Assembly (NCBI GenBank): GCA_028695415.1 | Contig: JAQVIY010000004.1 | Span: 1-58,991 of the forward strand | Direction of reading: 5' to 3' | Source: Minisyncoccota bacterium | GTDB taxonomy: Bacteria; Patescibacteriota; Minisyncoccia; Phycocordibacterales; Phycocordibacteraceae | DNA length: 58,991 nucleotides | Shown here: piece by piece, positions 19,358 to 27,983 of the stretch | Position numbering within the stretch: the stretch's first letter is position 1 | Layout: every line of letters starts with the position of its first letter | Notes under the pieces: generated by a model | Database searches by the model: none | The model's input: the letters and a program-made list of their open reading frames with translations, nothing else | Told to the model about the DNA's origin: nothing | Position numbers and translations under genes: made by a program

Positions 19358-19390
19358 CGCCCACGAAGAGCTGCGAGCTCATCGTGGGCG
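19358..19390 (-). terminator. hairpin after the 86-aa cassette ORF
   Basis: 9-bp stem cgcccacga/tcgtgggcg with an inner gagc/gctc stem, followed by a U-rich tract. Confidence 0.45.
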
Positions 19391-19395
19391 ATTCT

Positions 19396-19656
19396 TTACG
19401 TAACGGGGTATGCGACCCAGCGGCTGAAATCCCCACAACCGCGCCGATACTCCAGCATTTCGTTTGATTCATGCAACAAATAATTGTCCAACAAACTCAG
19501 GAATCTCAGTCTTTCTCTGTAGTGCCCATTTGTAGGATCCCTCCGCATGAGTTCCTGAAACCCTGCGATATCTGCACAGAGTAACGCACGCACACGCTGG
19601 CGCTCCTCTCTGCTCCAAGTTCTGCTTACTTCAACCTTATTCACTTCGGCCATCAT
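19396..19656 (-). CDS. hypothetical 86-aa protein, cassette inserted between rplE and rpsN
   Basis: AAGGAG Shine-Dalgarno sequence 5 nt before ATGATG. It has its own promoter and terminators. No motif I recognise. Confidence 0.55.
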   Translation of the reverse strand: MMAEVNKVEVSRTWSREERQRVRALLCADIAGFQELMRRDPTNGHYRERLRFLSLLDNYLLHESNEMLEYRRGCGDFSRWVAYPVT

Positions 19657-19716
19657 GGATCTCCTTTGCAGTTTGGATGAGGCATCAAGACGTTTAAAGA
19701 CCTCACCCTGGAGACA

Positions 19717-19745
19717 CTTGTATCCTAATAAAAATACCATGTCAA
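19717..19745 (-). promoter_or_regulatory. sigma70-like promoter of the 86-aa cassette ORF
   Basis: Minus strand reads TTGACA, 17 nt, TACAAG. Confidence 0.5.
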
Positions 19746-19746
19746 C

Positions 19747-19782
19747 AAAAACCGCAGCGCCCGTGAGGGCGCTGCGGTTTTT
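19747..19782 (-). terminator. strong intrinsic terminator immediately after rplE
   Basis: 12-bp stem accgcagcgccc / gtga / gggcgctgcggt flanked by an A-run and a T-run, 10 nt after the rplE stop. Confidence 0.75.
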
Positions 19783-19791
19783 CGTACGAAA

Positions 19792-20340
19792 CTATTTCTT
19801 GGCTGCCTCGACAGCGAGCGGGAGACCGATATGGCGGAGGAACGCCTCAGCTTCAGCCTTCGACGTGGCTGTAGTAACGATGGTGATAGCGAGCCCGAAG
19901 ACGTCCTTCAGGTCCTCATCGCCGGTCTCGGGGAAGATGGTGTTGTCCTTGAGTCCGATAGTGATATTACCCATATCGTCTATCGCCGTGCTCTTCAGCC
20001 CGCGGAAATCGCGCGTGCGCGGAAGCGCGATGTGGATGAGCTTATCTACGAAGTCATACATCCGCTCGCCGCGAAGCGTCACCTGCAGCCCGACCGTATC
20101 TCCCTCGCGCACCTTGAAGGAGGCGACCGATTGCTTCGCCGCGCGCGGTGCTGCCTTCTGTCCCGTTATCTTCGCGAGCCTATCCTCGATAAGTTCGAGC
20201 TGCTTCTTATCACGCTTCTTGCCCACGCCGGTGGAAACGATAACCTTCTCGATGCGCACGCCCTGCATCGGACTCGTATAGCCGAAGCTCTCGGCGAGTG
20301 CGAGGTAGGCTGACTGCTGACGATCTTTGGTAATAGACAT
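19792..20340 (-). CDS. rplE: 50S ribosomal protein L5
   Basis: IEKVIVSTGVG..FRGL..GNITIGLKD. Confidence 0.93.
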   Translation of the reverse strand: MSITKDRQQSAYLALAESFGYTSPMQGVRIEKVIVSTGVGKKRDKKQLELIEDRLAKITGQKAAPRAAKQSVASFKVREGDTVGLQVTLRGERMYDFVDKLIHIALPRTRDFRGLKSTAIDDMGNITIGLKDNTIFPETGDEDLKDVFGLAITIVTTATSKAEAEAFLRHIGLPLAVEAAKK

Positions 20341-20351
20341 ACGGTATACAA

Positions 20352-20633
20352 TTATTTCTTCACGCTCTTCGCTTTCTTCTTGGTCGCCTCATCGAGAGCC
20401 GACGTCATTTTCGCTTCTGATTTCAGAAGCTGTACGTTCGATGCGTCGATAGCGCGCGGGCGCTCGGCGATAGAACCGACCTTCCCCCCGACACCCTTCA
20501 GGTGACGCTTCGCGAGCGCAATACCCTCGACAATGACCTTGTTCTCCTTTGGCAGGGCGCGCAGTATCACGCCGGACTTGCCCTTGTCCTTGCCCGATAG
20601 CACCTTTACTTTGTCTCCTTTTTTGACTTTCAT
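20352..20633 (-). CDS. rplX: 50S ribosomal protein L24
   Basis: KOW motif [21 protein letters not shown]. Confidence 0.92.
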   Translation of the reverse strand: MKVKKGDKVKVLSGKDKGKSGVILRALPKENKVIVEGIALAKRHLKGVGGKVGSIAERPRAIDASNVQLLKSEAKMTSALDEATKKKAKSVKK

Positions 20634-20642
20634 AGTGAAAAA

Positions 20643-21020
20643 TTAGACGACTTCAGGGGCTAGCGCCGCGATAGAATGCCAGCCCATCTCTGAGAGCTCG
20701 CGCGGTACGGGACCGAAGATGCGGTTCCCCTTCGGACCCATCTCCTTACCCTGCTTTTCGATAAGCACGATGGCGTTCTCGTCAAAGCGAATGTGCGAGC
20801 CGTCCTTACGACCAAAGGGCTTCACCTGACGCACGACAATAGCGCGGAAGATATCCTTCTTCTTCACGCTCTTGCGCGGCTCTGCGGTCTGGATAGAAAC
20901 GACCACCATGTCGCCGATGCCGGCATAGCGGCGCTTACTGCTCCCGAGCACCTTGAAGATGCGTGCGATCTTCGCGCCGGAGTTGTCTGCTACTGAAACG
21001 ATGGATTGGGGCTGCAACAT
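20643..21020 (-). CDS. rplN: 50S ribosomal protein L14
   Basis: MLQPQSIVSVADNSGAK; start trimmed to ATG 21020. Confidence 0.93.
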   Translation of the reverse strand: MLQPQSIVSVADNSGAKIARIFKVLGSSKRRYAGIGDMVVVSIQTAEPRKSVKKKDIFRAIVVRQVKPFGRKDGSHIRFDENAIVLIEKQGKEMGPKGNRIFGPVPRELSEMGWHSIAALAPEVV

Positions 21021-21024
21021 AGTA

Positions 21025-21297
21025 TTATTCGCCGGCTTCTGCGCGGATGGTCTTCGCGGGATCAATCGCGAAGGTCTTCAGCTTCGAAATCGGGCGGGTA
21101 GCGACAATAGTCACCGTATCACCGATTTTCGCCGAGTTCCCTGGGTCATGCGCGAGAAACTTCTTCGAGCGCGTAAGGTACTTCTTGTACTTTGCGTTCT
21201 TCACGTACCGATCGACCTTGACCGTGGCAGTATCCTTCATCGCCGTCTTTACGACAGTTCCGACAAGTGATTGGGGACGAGTTGTTTTGTTTTCCAT
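21025..21297 (-). CDS. rpsQ: 30S ribosomal protein S17
   Basis: LVGTVVKTAMKDTATVKVDRYV..AHDP..GDTVTI; start trimmed to ATG 21297. Confidence 0.9.
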   Translation of the reverse strand: MENKTTRPQSLVGTVVKTAMKDTATVKVDRYVKNAKYKKYLTRSKKFLAHDPGNSAKIGDTVTIVATRPISKLKTFAIDPAKTIRAEAGE

Positions 21298-21301
21298 AGT
21301 A

Positions 21302-21502
21302 TTAGGCGGCCTTGAGTTCACGAGCACGCTTCTCGGTAAGGATGCGAGCGATAGTGACGCGGAGCTTACGCGGCGCATTGCTGTCCTTGGCGCGAGCACC
21401 GGCAGCCGAGAAACGCTCGGTGCGAAGCGTCGCGCGCGTATCAGCGAGGAGCTTCATGAGCTCGGTATCCGTCTTCGTGGCCATTGTATCCTTTTTTGTC
21501 AT
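21302..21502 (-). CDS. rpmC: 50S ribosomal protein L29
   Basis: 66 aa, helical; ELMKLLADTRATLRTERF; position between L16 and S17. Confidence 0.88.
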   Translation of the reverse strand: MTKKDTMATKTDTELMKLLADTRATLRTERFSAAGARAKDSNAPRKLRVTIARILTEKRARELKAA

Positions 21503-21524
21503 AGAAGTAGATAAAAAGCAATGA

Positions 21525-21953
21525 TTAGCTGCGCTCGACGATAGCCACCTTCACCGGCAGCTTCATGCCGGCCTGACGCATGTGGGCACGAGCGACCTTC
21601 TCGTCCACGCCATCCATTTCGAAGAGAATGCGGCCCGGGCGCACCTGAAAGACATAGTGCTTCGGATCGCCCTTTCCGCTTCCCATGCCCACTTCTGCCG
21701 GCTTCGCGGTCACCGGTCGATCGGGGAAGATGCGGATCCACAGCTTGCCGGTCTTTGCGGTCGCGCGCGTGAGCACCTTGCGGGCAGCCTCGATCTGGTT
21801 ACTCGTAATGCGGGCGGGCGTAAGCGCCTTCAGCCCGAAGGAGCCGAAAACAACGGTTGTACCGCGTGTTTCAGGACGCTTGAGACGCTTCTCGCTCAAG
21901 CGCTGCGTCTGCCACTTACGATGTTTTACTTTTTTAGGAAACAACATATTCAA
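21525..21953 (-). CDS. rplP: 50S ribosomal protein L16
   Basis: MLFPKKVKHRKWQ..GSGKGDPKHYV. Confidence 0.93.
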   Translation of the reverse strand: MNMLFPKKVKHRKWQTQRLSEKRLKRPETRGTTVVFGSFGLKALTPARITSNQIEAARKVLTRATAKTGKLWIRIFPDRPVTAKPAEVGMGSGKGDPKHYVFQVRPGRILFEMDGVDEKVARAHMRQAGMKLPVKVAIVERS

Positions 21954-21958
21954 AAGTA

Positions 21959-22669
21959 TTAGCCGCGCAGCGGTGCCTCAGACATCGCGACTTTCGTCTT
22001 GGTGTCCTGGTAGACATTGCCGCGATAGATCCACACCTTGATGCCGATAACGCCATAGGGCAGGTGCGCCTCCTCATGGGCGAAATCGATGTTCGCGCGG
22101 AAGGTTTGAAGCGGGATACGCCCCTTCTTCAGCTCCTCCTTGCGGCTCATCTCTGCCCCACCGAGGCGGCCCGAGACCGCGATGCGTACGCCCTCGACCT
22201 CGCGTACCGCGATAACCTTCTCAACGGTCTGCTTCAGGACGCGACGGAACGGCATGCGTTTCTCGAGCCCTTCGGCGACCATCGCTGCGACCACGGCCGC
22301 GTCGGTCTCCGGCTGACGAACCTCATTGATATCAAGCTTGACCTGCTTGCCAGCGGGAAGCGCGGCCGAAGCTGCTTTGCGAACGACCTCGGTGAGCTCG
22401 GTGCGCAGTTTCGCGGCATTCTCGCCGGAACGGCCGATAACGAGCCCCGGACGCGCGGTCGTGACGATAACGCGCAGTTCCCCTGCCGAGCGCTCGATAT
22501 CGACGCCGCTGGTGTAGGTGCCGCGCAGCTTCTTCTTGAGGAAACGGCGAATAGTCTCGTCGACCATGATGTTCTCGCGGTAACTCTTCTTGTCGGCAGC
22601 GAACCAACGGCTCTTCCAATCACGAATGATGCCGAGGCGGTGCGCGTAAGGATGTACGATGTGTGTCAT
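21959..22669 (-). CDS. rpsC: 30S ribosomal protein S3
   Basis: HPYAHRLGIIRDWKSRWF; KH domain and S3 C-terminal domain. Confidence 0.93.
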   Translation of the reverse strand: MTHIVHPYAHRLGIIRDWKSRWFAADKKSYRENIMVDETIRRFLKKKLRGTYTSGVDIERSAGELRVIVTTARPGLVIGRSGENAAKLRTELTEVVRKAASAALPAGKQVKLDINEVRQPETDAAVVAAMVAEGLEKRMPFRRVLKQTVEKVIAVREVEGVRIAVSGRLGGAEMSRKEELKKGRIPLQTFRANIDFAHEEAHLPYGVIGIKVWIYRGNVYQDTKTKVAMSEAPLRG

Positions 22670-22674
22670 AAAAA

Positions 22675-23115
22675 TTATTTGCCTTTCTTCACCTTCGCAG
22701 GCGTACCCTTCTTAGCTTTCGCCACGACAGGCGCCAACGTCACTTTCACACAGCTCTTACGGCGGCGAATGAGCGACGCACGGCCAAAGGCGCGCGGCAT
22801 ATATTTCTTCAACATACCGGCGGTCTCGGCGGTGATCGACTGCACCACGAGCTCGTCAACATTCTCGCCCTGTGCCTTGGCACTGGCTGCGGCACTCTTG
22901 ATAAGCTTTGCTACTGGGAGAGCGGCGCGGCGCGGGAGAAATTCAAGTGCAGTGAGCGCGGCAGGAACCTTCTTCCCTTTTACGAGGTCGGTCACGAGGC
23001 GAACCTTGCGCGGCGACTGGTTATGACTTTTGAGTGTTGCGTTGGCCACCCCGTTAGAAATTACCTCACGTGAGGTCGTGATTGGTTTGTTCTTTTGTGT
23101 AAGCTTAGTTTCCAT
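22675..23115 (-). CDS. rplV: 50S ribosomal protein L22
   Basis: QSPRKVRLVTDLVKGKKV..RAFGRASLIRRRKSCVKVTL. Confidence 0.92.
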   Translation of the reverse strand: METKLTQKNKPITTSREVISNGVANATLKSHNQSPRKVRLVTDLVKGKKVPAALTALEFLPRRAALPVAKLIKSAAASAKAQGENVDELVVQSITAETAGMLKKYMPRAFGRASLIRRRKSCVKVTLAPVVAKAKKGTPAKVKKGK

Positions 23116-23136
23116 ATTTCTAACGGGGCCAATATA

Positions 23137-23484
23137 TTATTTCTTCTTTGCGGGCGCGGGAGATGCCTTCGCCGCCTTCGCTGAAGCGATCTCGGCCTCC
23201 TGCTTCTTCTTCTCCATCTCCTTCTGCATCTTACCGCCGTGCCGGATGAACTTCTTGGTTGGCGAGAACTCACCCAGGCGATGTCCCACCATATCCTCAG
23301 TCACGAGAACTTCGACATGAGACTTGCCATTATGAACACCAAAGGTGAATCCGATCATCTCGGGGCTTATCTGGCTCCTGCGTGCCCACGTCTTAATCAC
23401 CCCGGCAGAAGCCGGTTTCTTATCGACCAATTTCTTCAGGAGTTTGACGTCCACGAAGGGTCCTTTCTTGAGTGAGCGTGACAT
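23137..23484 (-). CDS. rpsS: 30S ribosomal protein S19 with K/A-rich C-terminal tail
   Basis: [25 protein letters not shown]. Confidence 0.93.
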   Translation of the reverse strand: MSRSLKKGPFVDVKLLKKLVDKKPASAGVIKTWARRSQISPEMIGFTFGVHNGKSHVEVLVTEDMVGHRLGEFSPTKKFIRHGGKMQKEMEKKKQEAEIASAKAAKASPAPAKKK

Positions 23485-23521
23485 AGGAAGTAATGAAAAG
23501 CCCGCGCTGCGGGATAGTTGA

Positions 23522-23550
23522 AAGATACAGCAAGCCGTCTACAGAGTCAA
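23522..23550 (-). promoter_or_regulatory. sigma70-like promoter for rpsS and downstream genes
   Basis: Minus strand reads TTGACT, 17 nt, TATCTT. Confidence 0.45.
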
Positions 23551-23626
23551 CAGTACCGTCCAAAAACACCCTCATAAATCCTAATCCGTTTCAGAACGTT
23601 GACAAATCATGTATCTGATACGTTAC

Positions 23627-23656
23627 AAGAGAAACGCCGCCGGCAAGCCGGCGGCG
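23627..23656 (-). terminator. GC-rich hairpin plus U-tract after the 176-aa cassette ORF
   Basis: cgccgccggc..gccggcggcg, then TTTCTCTT on the minus strand. Confidence 0.5.
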
Positions 23657-23676
23657 GGTGGAAAACCGAAAAGAAA

Positions 23677-24207
23677 TCAGAACGGGATGTCGTCCCAATT
23701 GGCAATCTCGACCTCCTTGCGCCAGGTCTCGATGAGATTCGCGTCATCTCCGGTGGCAAATCGCGAGAGCTCCTGCCAGGTCGAGTCGGAGCTTGAGGTA
23801 CGTTCCTTGTAATGGAACTCGGCGATTCCTAACACCTCCTCAGGATTCGGGAGACGGAAGTGCCTGATCCGCAACAGGTTCACGAGCGCCCCAAGCCAGC
23901 CATGAACGACGAAGTGTTGCCGGATTCGCTCGGCCATGTCGTTTGAGACGTGCTGCACGATACTCGACAAGAGCGACCGGTAATAGAACGCGGCCACCTT
24001 CGGTTGACTGAGGACAGAGCCGACAATGCGATCCCACTCCGTCTCGCTGACGTCCATGATCTCCATCACCCTCATTGCCGTCGTGAGCGCATCCGACCCG
24101 AATGAACCCGAAGCCGGATCCGCCGCGGCTTTACTCGCTTCATGCAAGAAGTACGTAACGACCGCGTGCTGCTTGTCATACCACGCAGCAGATTTTGTTG
24201 TTGCCAT
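23677..24207 (-). CDS. hypothetical 176-aa helical protein ending in an SSB-like DDIPF tip, cassette inserted between rplB and rpsS
   Basis: GAAGGGGGG purine tract before the ATG. Terminators on both sides. C-terminus reads ...EIANWDDIPF. Confidence 0.6.
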   Translation of the reverse strand: MATTKSAAWYDKQHAVVTYFLHEASKAAADPASGSFGSDALTTAMRVMEIMDVSETEWDRIVGSVLSQPKVAAFYYRSLLSSIVQHVSNDMAERIRQHFVVHGWLGALVNLLRIRHFRLPNPEEVLGIAEFHYKERTSSSDSTWQELSRFATGDDANLIETWRKEVEIANWDDIPF

Positions 24208-24303
24208 GGTGTCTACCCCCCTTCAGCGATATTGAAGAATTACGGCACCCGAAGGTGCCACCTGGGAAATTTCCTCAGACATATGAACACAAAACGGACT
24301 GAA

Positions 24304-24340
24304 ATGCAAAACCCGCGGACTTCGTCCGCGGGTTTTGCAT
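24304..24340. terminator. 17-bp perfect-stem bidirectional terminator after rplB
   Basis: atgcaaaacccgcggac ttc gtccgcgggttttgcat. Confidence 0.75.
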
Positions 24341-24417
24341 TCTAATCGTGAAATTAGCCCTTGCGCTTCCCATAACGCCCGCTGACGGACGAAAGGGCTC
24401 CGCTTCGCTACGCTTGC

Positions 24418-25266
24418 CTACCCCCTTCTCTTCTTTCCTACCTTTCTTCGCGAAACGATGAAGACATTGCTGTACTTCTTCGGGGTGCGCGTCTTCTGAC
24501 CCTTGCCCGAGGGCTTGCCCCACTTGGTCTTCGCGCGGCGGAGACCCCTGCCTTGACGACCTTCGCCGCCACCGTGCGGGTGGTCAACCGGGTTCATCGC
24601 CGTGCCGCGCACCGTCGGGCGGATACCGAGCCAGCGAGAGCGGCCTGCCTTACCGATTGAGACGAGATTGTACTCCTCGTTGCCGACCGCACCGACAGAC
24701 GCCCAGGCGAGATCCGATATTTTACGCACCTCAGTAGAGGGGAGCTTCACCTGCGCGTAGCCAGCATCATGTGCGACCACCTCGGCAAAGTTGCCCGCCG
24801 AGCGGACGAGTGCCGAGCCGGTGCCCGGAGCGATCTCAATGTTATAGATGGCGGTACCGACAGGAATCTTGCCCAAAGGAAGACGATTGCCAGAAGTCAA
24901 AGGCGCATCCTCAGCGACGATGAAGCTGCTGCCGACCTTGGTGTCCTTCGGGACGATGACATAGCGGCGTTCGCCGTCGCGATAGAGCGCGAGGCCGATG
25001 AATGCCGAGCGGTACGGGTCATACTCGACCGTCTCTATCTTCGCGGGAATGTTCTTCTTGTCGTACGAGAAATCAACAACGCGATAGCGCTTCTTATGTC
25101 CGCCGCCCTGGTGGCGCATCGTGATGCGGCCGAAGCCGTTTCTACCGGCCTGATTACTCCTCTTCGCGAGGAGCGGCTTATAGGGCGCATCGACCGAGAG
25201 GAGCTCCTTGTACGGGAGCGTTGTCATGAAGCGGCGGCTCTTTGAAGTTGGTTTGTAGGTTTTCAT
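24418..25266 (-). CDS. rplB: 50S ribosomal protein L2
   Basis: GRITMRHQGGGHKKRYR..HPHGGGEGR. Confidence 0.95.
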   Translation of the reverse strand: MKTYKPTSKSRRFMTTLPYKELLSVDAPYKPLLAKRSNQAGRNGFGRITMRHQGGGHKKRYRVVDFSYDKKNIPAKIETVEYDPYRSAFIGLALYRDGERRYVIVPKDTKVGSSFIVAEDAPLTSGNRLPLGKIPVGTAIYNIEIAPGTGSALVRSAGNFAEVVAHDAGYAQVKLPSTEVRKISDLAWASVGAVGNEEYNLVSIGKAGRSRWLGIRPTVRGTAMNPVDHPHGGGEGRQGRGLRRAKTKWGKPSGKGQKTRTPKKYSNVFIVSRRKVGKKRRG

Positions 25267-25272
25267 ACTGGA

Positions 25273-25647
25273 TTATGCAAACTGGAGCGTGTCTCCTGTG
25301 TTGAGGTACACATATGCCTTGCGACGCGCAACGCGCACGCCGACTCCGCGCTTCGTGCGCATCATCTTCTTCTTCGCGGGGAGGTTTACGATGTGCACCT
25401 TGCGGGGCTCGACGTTGTAAATCTCCTTGATAGCGCTCGCGATAGACGCCTTCGTCGCACGCGAGGGTACTGCGAAGGCGTAGACGCCTTTCTCTGTCCC
25501 GATGAGCGCCTTCTCAGAGAACCACGGCGCGCTCACAATCTCGTGCGCCATGCCTTCGGCGAGCTTTGTCGTGCGTGCGCGATGCTTTCGCGTTACCGCG
25601 ATCTTACCCTCCTCCTTCTCTTTCTTTTTGTCTCCGAAGATAGCCAT
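25273..25647 (-). CDS. rplW: 50S ribosomal protein L23 with K/E-rich N-terminal extension
   Basis: Position between L4 and L2; YAFAVPSRATKASIASAIKEIYNVEPRKVHIVN. Confidence 0.88.
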   Translation of the reverse strand: MAIFGDKKKEKEEGKIAVTRKHRARTTKLAEGMAHEIVSAPWFSEKALIGTEKGVYAFAVPSRATKASIASAIKEIYNVEPRKVHIVNLPAKKKMMRTKRGVGVRVARRKAYVYLNTGDTLQFA

Positions 25648-25653
25648 AGTAAT

Positions 25654-26376
25654 TTATTTAGACCCCACGCGAGTAGCGAGCGTCTTGAGCGCCTCCTCCG
25701 GCTTCTCGATGATGAGATACTTGTGCGTCATGATCTCAAGCGGATTTAGATTGCGCACCTCCTCGGTCATCACATTACCGAAATTGCTAAAACTCTTGAT
25801 GGTGTTCGCATCATAGCTCGCCATCGCGAAGAGAGCGGCGTTCTTCTTCTTCGCGACGAGCTTCTCTGCACCTGCGCCCTTCGCGAGATTCGCGAGTGCT
25901 GACTTCGCTTTCGCCGTCTTCGGCTCAGTGAATGCAAACTGGTCAACGAAGAGTATCTCGCCGTCCTTCGCCTTCTGTGAGAGCACCGAAAGGAGTGCCT
26001 GCGTGCGCATCTTCTTATTGATCTTCTCGCTATAGTCGCGCTCGCTTCGCGGGCCGAAGGTCGTACCGCCGTGACGCCAGATCGGGGAGCGGGTAGAGCT
26101 GTGGCGTGCCTGACCGGTACCCTTCTGCGCCCACGGCTTCTTACCGCCGCCCGAGACCTCGGAGCGATCTTTGGTGTGAGCGCGATTCTGGCGCAGGTTC
26201 GCCTGCATCGCGGTCGTCACCTGGTGCACAAGGTCGCTTCGCCACGGTGCGCCGAAAATGCTTACGGGAAGCGCAATCGAACCGACCTTCTTACCCTCCA
26301 TAGAGAAAATCGGTGCTTCAATCGGCGTCGCCACCTTCTCTGTTTTCTTATTCGTCATTTTCTTTTCGGTAGTCAT
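25654..26376 (-). CDS. rplD: 50S ribosomal protein L4
   Basis: GGGKKPWAQKGTGQARHSSTRSPIWRHGG. Confidence 0.93.
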   Translation of the reverse strand: MTTEKKMTNKKTEKVATPIEAPIFSMEGKKVGSIALPVSIFGAPWRSDLVHQVTTAMQANLRQNRAHTKDRSEVSGGGKKPWAQKGTGQARHSSTRSPIWRHGGTTFGPRSERDYSEKINKKMRTQALLSVLSQKAKDGEILFVDQFAFTEPKTAKAKSALANLAKGAGAEKLVAKKKNAALFAMASYDANTIKSFSNFGNVMTEEVRNLNPLEIMTHKYLIIEKPEEALKTLATRVGSK

Positions 26377-26386
26377 GGTATGAAAA

Positions 26387-27001
26387 TTACTTTGAGACTA
26401 CTTCGAGGAGCGTGCCGCGGCGCCCCGGCACCGCGCCCGAGACGATGATACGGCCCGCCGTCTTATCGACGACGAGCACCTTGAGATTCGCCACCGTCAC
26501 GCGATCAGAACCGAGACGTCCGGCCATCTTCTTACCCTTCACGACGCGACCGCCGGCGCGACCGCCGGCACCGCCGATAGAGCCCGGCGCATGCTCGGTG
26601 TGCTTCTGGCCGTGCGAACGCGGGCCGCCATGGAAGCCGTGGCGCTTGATGACCGACGCGAAGCCCTTGCCCTTTGAAATACCGGAAATTTGCACCGTGT
26701 CGCCGACTGCGAAAGTTGACGCATCAATAGTCGAACCGACTTCAGCCAAGGTATCAGTGCGAAACTCGCGAATAGCCTCGTAGCCCTTCCCCTTCGTGTG
26801 TCCGAGGACTGCCTTCGAGATGTTCTTGGTTCGGCGGTCGCCCATCCCGACCTGCACGGCAGAGTACTTGTCCTTACCCTCTGCAGTCTTGACCTGCGTA
26901 ACGGTTATCGGTTCGGCGACGAGGATAGTCCCCGCGCGAGCGCGGCCGTCCTCCCCGAAGAGTCGGGTCATTCCTTCTTTCTTAGCGAGAATGAATTTCA
27001 T
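26387..27001 (-). CDS. rplC: 50S ribosomal protein L3
   Basis: MKFILAKKEGMTRLF..FHGGPRSHGQ. Confidence 0.93.
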   Translation of the reverse strand: MKFILAKKEGMTRLFGEDGRARAGTILVAEPITVTQVKTAEGKDKYSAVQVGMGDRRTKNISKAVLGHTKGKGYEAIREFRTDTLAEVGSTIDASTFAVGDTVQISGISKGKGFASVIKRHGFHGGPRSHGQKHTEHAPGSIGGAGGRAGGRVVKGKKMAGRLGSDRVTVANLKVLVVDKTAGRIIVSGAVPGRRGTLLEVVSK

Positions 27002-27013
27002 GTGGTTTTTAAA

Positions 27014-27051
27014 GCAAATCGCGCAACAGCAAAACGCAGTGCGCGATTTGC
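27014..27051 (-). promoter_or_regulatory. 12-bp perfect-stem leader hairpin 12 nt upstream of the rplC start codon
   Basis: gcaaatcgcgca / 14-nt loop / tgcgcgatttgc, then TTTAAAAACCAC ATG on the minus strand. Confidence 0.45.
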
Positions 27052-27091
27052 CATAGGACCGGTCACAGGCACCGTTCGTAGCTTTAGGAGC

Positions 27092-27120
27092 ACTCTACAC
27101 GAAGAGGTAAAAAGATGCAA
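27092..27120 (-). promoter_or_regulatory. sigma70-like promoter for rplC-rplD-rplW-rplB
   Basis: Minus strand reads TTGCAT, 17 nt, TAGAGT. Confidence 0.45.
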
Positions 27121-27121
27121 G

Positions 27122-27146
27122 AAAAACCCGGCGCGGGGCGCCGGGG
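27122..27146 (-). terminator. intrinsic terminator after the 204-aa membrane protein gene
   Basis: On the minus strand: cccggcgc cccg gcgccggg, followed by TTTTT. Confidence 0.65.
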
Positions 27147-27169
27147 GCAAAGTTATATCGAACTGATCG

Positions 27170-27784
27170 TCAGAGATCGGCAACGACCTGCTTGAGTGCT
27201 AACGGATGTTCGGCGATATGGCCGCTATCCTTGTGCTCGGTACCGCACACATTACAGAAGCAGCGGTCTTTTCCGTTCAATCGACTACGCAATACCGCCA
27301 TTTTTTCCAGTGAAGCTTTCTGGTTGTGCGTATTTCGCTCGAAGTAGCCGCGATTGAAGTTCAATGGGTTTATTTTCTTATAGCCTCCTTGGGAGAAGAC
27401 GTTGGTCACCGCCAGATATCCAGGACAGTCCCTCACAAGACAAGAGCAATAATGAACACCGCGTCCGAAAGGGTCACCACGGAAGAGCGTTGTCATAGGT
27501 ACCCCCCATTGCTCTGTCTTCTTTTGCGCGTATTTTTCATCGTCGCTTTGTGCTATGCGTGACCATATCATCAGGTATACGCCAAAGAAGAACAGGGTGA
27601 ACGCCGCGGCATCTTTGGAAAGAAATATCGGCGGTATGCGCTGGTACCAGCGAAATCCTTGATGCCCATCCAGTGTCCATGACGCAAGCGCTGAGCTTGC
27701 AACGAATATCGCAAAGGTTACGTACAGAGCCCGAACATACGCCGGCCGCTGGCTTATTTGATACAAAGATCCTTTAGTAGCCAT
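27170..27784 (-). CDS. hypothetical 2-TM membrane protein with Cys/His-rich C-terminal domain
   Basis: AGGAG Shine-Dalgarno sequence. Two TM helices, then CSCLVRDC ... CFCNVCGTEHKDSGH. No family recognised. Confidence 0.6.
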   Translation of the reverse strand: MATKGSLYQISQRPAYVRALYVTFAIFVASSALASWTLDGHQGFRWYQRIPPIFLSKDAAAFTLFFFGVYLMIWSRIAQSDDEKYAQKKTEQWGVPMTTLFRGDPFGRGVHYCSCLVRDCPGYLAVTNVFSQGGYKKINPLNFNRGYFERNTHNQKASLEKMAVLRSRLNGKDRCFCNVCGTEHKDSGHIAEHPLALKQVVADL

Positions 27785-27983
27785 TTCCTTCTCCTAAAAC
27801 AGTCGTTGGGGGCGGTTCGCCCGAGGTCAAGTCCGTCTACATAGTAGATATATTAAGAAAAACTTAAAAATACTTCCTCATTATTTGGATATAAAGTCTT
27901 TATATAAGCCATAAAATCACTATTGGTATAAATAAAGTGACGAAAATCATTGACACTTTTTAGTATTTCGGTACGCTATCGGT

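Noticed and set aside
19266-19472. 68-aa minus-strand ORF downstream of the 86-aa cassette gene.
   Set aside because: It overlaps the 3' end of the cassette ORF out of frame, spans the cassette hairpin and the predicted rpsN promoter, and has no Shine-Dalgarno sequence.
22064-23026. 320-aa plus-strand ORF.
   Set aside because: Antisense to rpsC and rplV, with no motifs.
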